Shown: positions 1 through 8,900 of the stretch, piece after piece
How the letters are laid out: each line of letters starts with the position of its first letter
Numbering within the stretch: position 1 is the first letter of the stretch
IMG/VR virus record: IMGVR_UViG_3300017766_003232
Span: 1-64,000 of that record
DNA from: a virus
Taxonomy: Duplodnaviria > Caudoviricetes
Length of the DNA: 64,000 nucleotides
Direction: 5' to 3' (one strand)
The notes under the pieces: generated by a model
What the model was told of the DNA's origin: nothing
What the model saw: only the letters and a program-made list of their open reading frames with translations
The model's database searches: none
Made by a program: the position numbers and the translations under genes

Positions 1-3000
1 AATAGACCAAATATTGAGACTTCTGCAAAAGCATACAATGTAAGTGCAGATAATTATTATAATGAAGTTTTAAATGCTGTAACTAAATATGATGCAGAAT
101 TAGCTGCTATAGAAAAAACTACTACTACTACAGAAGATATAGAAAAAAGGAGACAAAAAGAGTATAATACTCAATATAATGCTCTTGTTTCAGGACAAGT
201 TTTAGATAATCAAGGAGACTCAGTATATGAAGAAGATAAAGGAATAGGAGCAAATGGTTTATCTACTTTAACGGATAAAAAATATGGTCATGGTCATATT
301 AGGACTAGTGGATTAAATTCTTTAGAAGTACTGGAAAAATTATTAGATGGTTCTGACTTTTCAGGAATGTTTGGTGAAATTGGTAGTGGTGTATATAATA
401 CTTGGGAATCTGGTAAATTTATAATTGTATCTAATAATATTAATCCTACTACAAATAATAAATTAAATCTAAATGAAATAGAAATTATACTTAATGCAGG
501 GTTAAGTCCATTTGCTCAAGAATTAGCTAATAAATATCCTAATGTAGTATTTAAAGATTTTAATGGTAAAAAATACGATGCAAAACTAGTTGCTTTAGGA
601 CAAAATACAAATGTTGTAAAAACTCAAAAAACAGAGTTACAAAAAATAGAACAGGTTAAAGATGTAGTAATAAATGGAGAAAAATATTCATACTATCCAT
701 TAGCTGCAAATAACACTTCTGTATTAATAGCAAATCAAGATTCTATTTTAATATCAGATATGTATGATAATATTTCAGAATTAAAAGTAAGTAATGAATC
801 AATCAAAGAAAATGACATTAAACCTGGTTCTATTTTTTATATGACTGTAGAAAAAGGAGTTCCTAGAATTGTTTCAATAGAAGAAAGTTTACCTGAATTA
901 GGTAATGAAAATGGTTTAAGAACTTATTCAATGAGAATAACTTCTTATGATGCAGGAGGATCAAAAGAAATAGAATCAGGAATTGGTGATTTAGGAAAAA
1001 TAAAATCATTTGAAAGTAGTGTTGGTAGAAATAATCTTAGTAAAAAAGAATTAGCTTCAGAATTAAATAGATTAGGAGTAAAAAAACTAAAAGTAAAACA
1101 AGGATTGATTTTACCTATTGTACCTTCACTTATTAATTATGGAAATTTTGATGAAGATACTACGGTTGAATTACCTAATGATTTAAACATAAATTCTAAT
1201 ATTACTTTTAAATCAAGTAATGTTTTTCAAAAAACTTTTAAATCTATTGCTACAGCAATTGTAGCAAGTAAATTACAATTTACTAAACCAGGTAGATTTA
1301 TAACTAAAAATGGTAATTTAACAAAAGAAGGAAAAGAAATATTAAGTAAATTAACTGACTCAACTCTTCCTAAAAACTTAAAAGATTTAGATAATTTAAT
1401 TTCAGATAATTTAGATAAATCATTATGGGAAAAACAAAAAGAAAATACTATAAATTCTATTGTTTTAGATGCTGTTACTCAAAATAAAAAAATAGCTCAA
1501 TCATTATTAAGTACAGGAAAAGTTAAATTTAATTCTGAATATAGCAATGCATTTGTTGCTACCAGAGAAACAATTAGAGTTAAAAATAAAGAAAATGTAC
1601 AAAAAACATTTAATAATAATATTCCAAGCTTACAAGAATTAAATTCTCCTAGTTTAGGACAAACTACATCCTTACAAGAGCAAGTAGAAAAAAATATACA
1701 AAGTAAAAATATTGATGTAGATGCTAAAAAAATAGCAGATAATATTATAGATTATCCTATTCAAACATTAACAACACTTGCTACTCAACAACTTGTTCTA
1801 CCAACAGAAGAACAAATTAATGAGCAAAAACTTTATAAAAGAGCATTGGAAATTAGATCTGAAAATCAAGAATCTGATAAACCAAAAACAAAACGTACAA
1901 AGTTTAGACCAAATATTAGTAGAGATGTTGATGATTTTGTAGATATGGATGTAACAGCTTCTGAATCATTAAAAGAAGCTGAATCAAAACTTAAAATTAG
2001 TGGACTTAGTATTTCTCAACAAGATACATTGATTAAATACATTGCTTCAAACATTGTACAAAAATCAGTTGAAAATGAGAAAAAAACAGGAAGTAAAGAT
2101 TTTAATTACTCACATATTTTTGAAGAACACAAACAAGAAATTGAAGACATAATTGCTGATTATGAAGAAGATGGATATATTGAACAAGCAGAAAAGTTGA
2201 AAAATGTTCTTAAAGAATATGAAAAACTTAAAGGTTTTGTAAATGATTATCTATCATTAATGACTACTGGAAAAGTAAGACAAGTAAAAAATAAAACTGA
2301 AAATGAAGATGTAAATGATGAAGCATTATCAACAGGATTAGAAAATGTTTTACATACAGATGATTGGTCTTTAACAATGGATTCAAAATCAACAGCATCT
2401 GCTGATTTAAAGAAATTCTTTTCATTTATTAAAGATGTTGATCTTATAAATGGTGAGTATGTAGAAAAAACAAATTCATTAGGTTTTCCAGAAGTTGTAT
2501 TGTTTGATACAGTTTACAATACATTGCATGAAATATTAGCTGATTTACCTGCTGACTATGATCAAATGTTGACTCAATTAGAAGCATACAAAAATCAATT
2601 CCCATGGATTGAAAATGTAATTGAGCAATTAGAAAATGGACCAAAGCATATTAAAAACGAGTTTGTTTCTGATATGGCAAAGCATGGAATAAAAATGCGT
2701 TCTATTATTTGGCAAAAAACAAAAGATGGTTCATTTGAAATGACAAGTTATGATGCAAATTCTTCATCTACTCAACAAAGATTGTTGAATGTATGGGAAT
2801 CTAATCTAAGGTCAACATTGAATACTTCTCGTTTAGTTATTACAAATAATGACGGAGATTATATTTACAATCAAGAATCTGTAGATATTCTATTAGAACA
2901 AGCTAAGAACTGGAAAGAGAATCCTCCAAGTAAAAACAGTAAAGATGATGATGCTGCTGTAATGAATTGGTTAAATTCACTTGGTATTTTTATATCTAAT

Positions 3001-5439
3001 CAAACATTCAATGCTTTGAAAAAAGGTACATATAAAAATAAATCTATTCTTTCTTACGAAGGATTATTTAATAAATCAAATGGTTTAATTAATGTTTTAG
3101 CAAGTGAATTAAAAAATAAAAGAAACACTAAAGTTGATGAATCTAGATTACTAAAAGATACAGTTGTTAAAAACTTAGCAATGATTGAAGCATTATATGC
3201 AACAAATGTATATAGTAACTCATTTAATGCTGGAGGTAAAACAGTTTACACATTTAGTAATAATAAATGGGTTGTAAATAGATTTCGTGACTTAGGTAGA
3301 ACAGATGAAAATGATGAACCATTAAACAAAGATTTAATTGAAGGATTAGAAAAAATTGCATTTACTAGAGATAGTCTTTGGTTAGAGCAATTAAAAAACA
3401 ATCCTGAATTTAGAAATCATTTTGGATTAGATTATTTATCATTAGAAGCAATTAAAAAGAAATTTACACCTTCTAAAGATGGAATGAAATTAAATAATCT
3501 ATCAGATGCAGAGCATGAAGCAATTAAACTTGCTTTATTTATGAATGCTGCTAAACCAGGTGAAGAAGGTAGAAAAGTATCATTTTTCTATCCTACTAAC
3601 TCTGATAAAACTACAATGATGGTAATGAATGCATTATCTCAAAAATTTGAGTTAGATAAAAACTTTAATTTTAATGCAGATTCATTGACATTAAATGAAA
3701 ATGAAGAAGCAGTTTTATCAGATGAAACATTAGATACTTTGTACAAAGCAATCGTTTTACCTGAAATAGCAAGGATTAGAGCGAATAAAGAAAATAATAT
3801 AGCTGGTTATAACGGAAATGCATTTTTCTTTCTTAAATCTCTTAATGTAGTTGAATATGAAGGTAAGACAATATTGGATCATGTAATAGAAGGAACAGAT
3901 GTTCTTTCTGATGAAAAACTTGATGAAATTATTAAGTCAGAACTTTCTGTTATGTTTAACGAATTGCTTCGTAGAAAATTAGAAAACTGGAATGAATCAG
4001 GAATTGGAAAAACAAACAATGATACAAAAGAAAAAAATACATTCTTGGATAGCAAATATATGCAAGGTAAAATCAAAGGTGTTAAATATGCAAGAGTTAA
4101 ATTTGCTGCTGCTGATTTTATTTTTAATTCATTAATAGCAAATGCAGAAGCAATTAAATTAGTTGTTGGAGATCCTGCTTTATATTGGAAAGAAGCAAAA
4201 GGTAAAAATGTTACAATTTTGGATCACATTCGTGAAACAGAAATTAACATGGGTAAACGTCTTGCTGGAGATATTGCACCTGGTATAGAATTAGCAAATG
4301 CTTCTAAAAACAATTATTATCAAGTATTTATTGATGATAAAAAAGTTGGAAGTAAAGGTTTATTATTTGAAAACAATAAAGCAAAATTAAAATCTATTTT
4401 AGATCCAGAAGTATTTGCAAAATATGAAAAAGGAATAGAAGGTGCAGATGCTCAGGAATACACTACTTGGAAAGAACATTTATATGTATTGAAACAATTA
4501 GGTAGATTAACTGAAAAGCAATATACAAAAATGTATAATCTATTGCAAGATGGAAAATCTTTAGAAAATGCAGATTTAAAATTAGTATTGCAACCAATGA
4601 AACCTGTTTATGTAGGTAATATGTTGGATATTGATCAACAAGTTGATAGAAGAATATACATTAAATCTTCAAGTTTTCCATTATTACCACAATTAACATC
4701 TGGATTTGGATTAGATACATTGAGAAATGCATTAGAAGATTTTGAAAAAAGAATGAGTTCTAAAAATTCTTCTAACTTAGATGGTACAAAAGTAACTGTA
4801 AGAGCATCTTTTAATACTGCAAATAAGGTAGGAGCTATAAAAAATTCATTAAAAGTTTACAATAAAGAAGGTAAATTCAATGATGTTATAGAAATCAATG
4901 AAGAAAATTCTTTAAAATTATCAAGAGAAAATTTTAGAATTCAGCAAGATGTTCCTTATGATCCTAATAAGGAAAAAATAAATGTTGGTACACAGGAACG
5001 TAAATTATTGTTCAACAACATTTTAGATATGGAAGGATTTAAAATGTTTGGTGATGATAAACAATACAAAGGAAGTGAGATAAAACAAATTTACGACAAT
5101 GCTTATAAAGATATTTTTGAACATTCTGTAAACAAATTAAAAAGTCAACTTGGTTTATCTGAATATTCTATTGATGCAAGTGTTGATAGTTTATTGGAAA
5201 TTCCAGATACTAATACTTTTGATGTTTTAGATAAAATGAACAAAGAATTGGAAACAGTAAAAGGTAGTCAAATTAAAAAAGAACAAGTAAAAGCTAAATA
5301 CGAAGAAATAGTAAATAAAAAAGATATTGAAAGAGCAGATTATATTAATAAGCATTTTGATGAAATTATTACTAAATTCGCAGAAGCAAAAATTAATATT
5401 TTCTTCAATGAAGATGGAGAAACTAAAAAATGTAATTAA
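1..5439 (+). CDS. Giant virion protein carrying the N-terminal (beta-like) half of the crAss-type virion RNA polymerase; 5'-partial
   Basis: Frame 1 is open from base 1 through the track's ATG at 367, so the gene starts upstream of the window. The C-terminal third has motifs typical of crAss/phi14:2 vRNAP (KRLAGDIAPG, DAQEYTT, QPMKPVYVG, YIKSSSFPL, RENFRIQQDVP, GTQERKL). It is syntenic with the DFDxD-bearing gene downstream. Confidence 0.8.
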   Translation, partial: NRPNIETSAKAYNVSADNYYNEVLNAVTKYDAELAAIEKTTTTTEDIEKRRQKEYNTQYNALVSGQVLDNQGDSVYEEDKGIGANGLSTLTDKKYGHGHIRTSGLNSLEVLEKLLDGSDFSGMFGEIGSGVYNTWESGKFIIVSNNINPTTNNKLNLNEIEIILNAGLSPFAQELANKYPNVVFKDFNGKKYDAKLVALGQNTNVVKTQKTELQKIEQVKDVVINGEKYSYYPLAANNTSVLIANQDSILISDMYDNISELKVSNESIKENDIKPGSIFYMTVEKGVPRIVSIEESLPELGNENGLRTYSMRITSYDAGGSKEIESGIGDLGKIKSFESSVGRNNLSKKELASELNRLGVKKLKVKQGLILPIVPSLINYGNFDEDTTVELPNDLNINSNITFKSSNVFQKTFKSIATAIVASKLQFTKPGRFITKNGNLTKEGKEILSKLTDSTLPKNLKDLDNLISDNLDKSLWEKQKENTINSIVLDAVTQNKKIAQSLLSTGKVKFNSEYSNAFVATRETIRVKNKENVQKTFNNNIPSLQELNSPSLGQTTSLQEQVEKNIQSKNIDVDAKKIADNIIDYPIQTLTTLATQQLVLPTEEQINEQKLYKRALEIRSENQESDKPKTKRTKFRPNISRDVDDFVDMDVTASESLKEAESKLKISGLSISQQDTLIKYIASNIVQKSVENEKKTGSKDFNYSHIFEEHKQEIEDIIADYEEDGYIEQAEKLKNVLKEYEKLKGFVNDYLSLMTTGKVRQVKNKTENEDVNDEALSTGLENVLHTDDWSLTMDSKSTASADLKKFFSFIKDVDLINGEYVEKTNSLGFPEVVLFDTVYNTLHEILADLPADYDQMLTQLEAYKNQFPWIENVIEQLENGPKHIKNEFVSDMAKHGIKMRSIIWQKTKDGSFEMTSYDANSSSTQQRLLNVWESNLRSTLNTSRLVITNNDGDYIYNQESVDILLEQAKNWKENPPSKNSKDDDAAVMNWLNSLGIFISNQTFNALKKGTYKNKSILSYEGLFNKSNGLINVLASELKNKRNTKVDESRLLKDTVVKNLAMIEALYATNVYSNSFNAGGKTVYTFSNNKWVVNRFRDLGRTDENDEPLNKDLIEGLEKIAFTRDSLWLEQLKNNPEFRNHFGLDYLSLEAIKKKFTPSKDGMKLNNLSDAEHEAIKLALFMNAAKPGEEGRKVSFFYPTNSDKTTMMVMNALSQKFELDKNFNFNADSLTLNENEEAVLSDETLDTLYKAIVLPEIARIRANKENNIAGYNGNAFFFLKSLNVVEYEGKTILDHVIEGTDVLSDEKLDEIIKSELSVMFNELLRRKLENWNESGIGKTNNDTKEKNTFLDSKYMQGKIKGVKYARVKFAAADFIFNSLIANAEAIKLVVGDPALYWKEAKGKNVTILDHIRETEINMGKRLAGDIAPGIELANASKNNYYQVFIDDKKVGSKGLLFENNKAKLKSILDPEVFAKYEKGIEGADAQEYTTWKEHLYVLKQLGRLTEKQYTKMYNLLQDGKSLENADLKLVLQPMKPVYVGNMLDIDQQVDRRIYIKSSSFPLLPQLTSGFGLDTLRNALEDFEKRMSSKNSSNLDGTKVTVRASFNTANKVGAIKNSLKVYNKEGKFNDVIEINEENSLKLSRENFRIQQDVPYDPNKEKINVGTQERKLLFNNILDMEGFKMFGDDKQYKGSEIKQIYDNAYKDIFEHSVNKLKSQLGLSEYSIDASVDSLLEIPDTNTFDVLDKMNKELETVKGSQIKKEQVKAKYEEIVNKKDIERADYINKHFDEIITKFAEAKINIFFNEDGETKKCN

Positions 5440-5915
5440 TGGAAAAGTTACTAACAGAAGTAGAAATCAAAGCTTTAAATAAGTTTGGTCAATTTGAAAT
5501 GATAGCAAGTCATACTTATATGTTTCTTGCAAACAGAATGAAATCATTAGGGTATTTCGGTGCAGAAAAATTTTTCAATGCGGAATCAGACGATGAGCGA
5601 AGTCATTATAGAAAGCTTGAAGCATTCATGAATGACATGGGTTGTGAGTTATCTGTTGAGTCATTAGAAAATATAACATTAAATATTTCAAATATTTCAG
5701 ATGCATTAAATCACGCTTTTCAAATGGAGCGTGATTTGTTAGATGCATACGAATCAGTTGCTGGAGGTACATTAGTTTCTTTTAAAACTCGTGTAGTTTT
5801 ACAAGATTTTGTAAACTTTCAAATTGGAGCAGTTGGTGAATATGGAGATTTAATTGCTCGTTTAGCATTAAATGGTGATGTATTAGTGTTTGATAATGAA
5901 TTAGGTGAAAAATAA
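5439..5915 (+). CDS. ftn: Ferritin (non-haem, four-helix bundle)
   Basis: 158 aa with ferroxidase-pattern residues (FEMIASHTY, GAEKFF..ESDDERSH, QMERDLL, QIGAVGEY, FDNELG). Its start overlaps the upstream stop (TAATG). Confidence 0.85.
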   Translation: MEKLLTEVEIKALNKFGQFEMIASHTYMFLANRMKSLGYFGAEKFFNAESDDERSHYRKLEAFMNDMGCELSVESLENITLNISNISDALNHAFQMERDLLDAYESVAGGTLVSFKTRVVLQDFVNFQIGAVGEYGDLIARLALNGDVLVFDNELGEK

Positions 5916-5922
5916 GTAAGAT

Positions 5923-8900
5923 ATGAGCTGTCAATATTGGGTAAAAGATAAATGGGTTTCTGAAGAACAATTCAAAGAAATGTTACAAAATGGTCTATTA
6001 GATCATTATATCCATGAAGGTAAATTTAAATTAGAAGGATTTAAATTAAAACCTAAAAGAAAAGAAAAAGTTGCAGCTCGTACTACAATACCTGCTTCTA
6101 AATTGGCTGAACTATTAACTGAAGAAGTAAAAACAAGACAAGGATACCCAGAAAATATTCTGGCAGCATTGGAACTTACTCCAGATGGTAGTGATTTTAA
6201 AATACCATTATGGGCAAGTAACTATGCTGATAAATTTGAGAGTTTATTAACTGCAATAATTAACAATAAAATTGTTAAACAAAAATTTAGCGGTCACTCA
6301 TATGTACTTGGTTCGGAAGAAGGTTTTGAATTAAAAGAAGGAGAAGAAGCAATGGAAGAATTAAAAAATTCTAAAATTGTTTTTTCAGATAGTTTTAATC
6401 CTGAATTAGGGTTACTACCAATAAGATTTGATGAAAAAACAGGTGAATTATTACCTGGTCAAATAATGATTCCATTTAACTTTAAAAATAAAGATAAAAA
6501 AGGTAATAAATTAAAATTATCTGATTATACAAAAATGGTGGATGGTAGAATGATGATTGACATGGATAAGATACCAGAAAAAATGTTACGTTTATTTGGT
6601 TTCCGTATTCCTAGTCAGGCACATAACTCTATGGCTTCATTAGAGATAGTTGGTTTTCTACCAGAAGAAATGGGAGATTTAATGTTAGCTCCAAAAGATT
6701 TTACAGTACAGATGGGATCGGATTTTGACGTTGATAAATTGTATACTTATATGTACAATGTAAAGCTTCAAAAAGATGGAAAACTTAGTACAGATTTTGA
6801 TTCTGAAAAAGAGCTAATAGAAAATAGACAAAACACTATTTTAGATATTCATCATGCTGTTTTAAGTAATTCAAATGAAGATATGGTACGTGCTATTTTA
6901 GCACCTGATTCATTTGGAGAATTTGAAGATTTAGCAAAAGAAGTATATGATTTAAAAGTTAAAAGTGGTCAAATTAAAGATACACCTACTTTGCTTTCAG
7001 ATGATTATCAAAAAAATAAATATATCAATGCTACAGCAGGTAAAGATGGTGTAGGTAACTTTTCTTTAGATTCTACTTTTAATTCTATTATACAAGGGAA
7101 AGAACTTGTTTATTTTATAAATGATGATCCAACAATACCTATTCCAAATAACTATAAAGACAGAATAATGAAAAATAACTTTTCTGTTTTATTTGGTGAT
7201 ATTGAATCAAGAGGAGATTTATCAAATCCTTATACTTTAAATTCTCAAAAAATAATTGAGAAAGCTGGTGGTATTGATAAGTTATCAAAAGAACAAAAAA
7301 GAGCATTAAAATTTAAATCTAAAGTAATTCAAGGTTTACAATCATCTGCTGTAGATAATGAAAAAGCACAAATTCTTGATAAATTAAATATCAATAATGA
7401 TACATTTGATACTATTAGAGCAATGTCATTATTGGGATTTGAAGAAAATGAAATAGTTGGTTTAATTACACAAGATATAATTGTTGAATATGTTAAAGCA
7501 ATGAAATCAAATAATTCATCTTTAACATCTTACAATCCAAATGCATTAAAAGATTTCAAAGATAATTTTATAAAAAAATACGATCCAACTGGAAAAATTA
7601 ATGATATTATTGTAAATAAAGAAGATACAATTGATAAATATAAAAACAAATCTACAGGAACTGAATTAATTAATAAATTAAAAGATTCTCAATTAGTAGA
7701 AGGAAAAGAAGCATCTGATAAAGTTATTGAGCAATATTTCTTACTTGAAAAATTCTTACAATTAGCAGATGTAGGTAAGACAATTAAATCTGTTCAATCT
7801 TCTATTAACACAGAATCTTCTGGTTTACCAAAAAATTTAATTGAAACAAAAACAAAAGTTGATCAAATAAATCAATTAGAAACTAGTTCTATTTTAAATG
7901 CTGAAACATTATTAGGTGAATATGAAAATGGTAAACTTGTATTGCCAAATACAATAAATGGATTCGCTGCGTTCCATGGTGCAATCTTTGGATATTCTAT
8001 TTATGAAAAGTTTTTCCCTTATAGCAATAATGGTTTACAAACTCAATTAACAGATATTTTAAATCATATTCCAAATGGTTCAACTTTTTCATTATCAAAA
8101 TTAACTGAATTTAAAATGGATGTAATGGACGAAATTCGTTCATACTTATTTAGTGATCCTTCTATTGGTATACATAGTGGAAATTCATTTTCAGAGCAAG
8201 TAAGATTATTTATTGATAGTGAAAATAATGATTCATTAGCTACTATTTTTGAAAAAATCAAAAAGAAAAATGAAGCATGGTTTATAAAAAATCAATTTTT
8301 AAATAAATTAAGCACAAGCTTACAAACAAATGGTTCAGCATCAAGAATCAATTTTGAAGCTTCTACAGGTGAAAACTTAGACGAGAAAGACATTTACTTA
8401 GGTTTCTTAAATTTATTGAATACAGAGCGTGATTTAGGCAAGTTTAATGGTATTCAATACTCATCAAGAACATTTGCACAAGATTTAATTTCTTATGCTT
8501 ATTTAGAAGGTGGTCAACAAGGTGCTAAACAATTCTTAAAATACATTCCAGTAGAATATCTGAAAGCACTTGGGTTTGGTGAATATTTAAGTAAAGTAGA
8601 TTTTTCTTTTACTCAACTATTTAAAGGAGCAGTTAATGATATTGGAGAACCGATTTATGATCTTCCATCTCGTTTTACAAGACAATTTTTTCAAAACAAT
8701 CCTGATAAAGTTAGAAAAATTTCAACAAATGAAACTATTGTTTCTAAGGATGAAAGAGAAATGGAAATCAAAAAAGATTCAATCAGTAATTACTTAGCAA
8801 ATGATGAAACATTAACTAAATTCTTAGCAGTTTATGATGCAAAAGCACCTGGAAAACACAGATTATATGAATATGATTCTTATAGTAGGAAATATTTAAG

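Noticed and set aside
5428-5931. Split-intein trans-splicing of the RNAP halves (C-terminal Asn; N-terminal Ser/Cys)
   Set aside because: No HINT-domain sequence is visible and the residues are on the wrong sides for IntN/IntC geometry.
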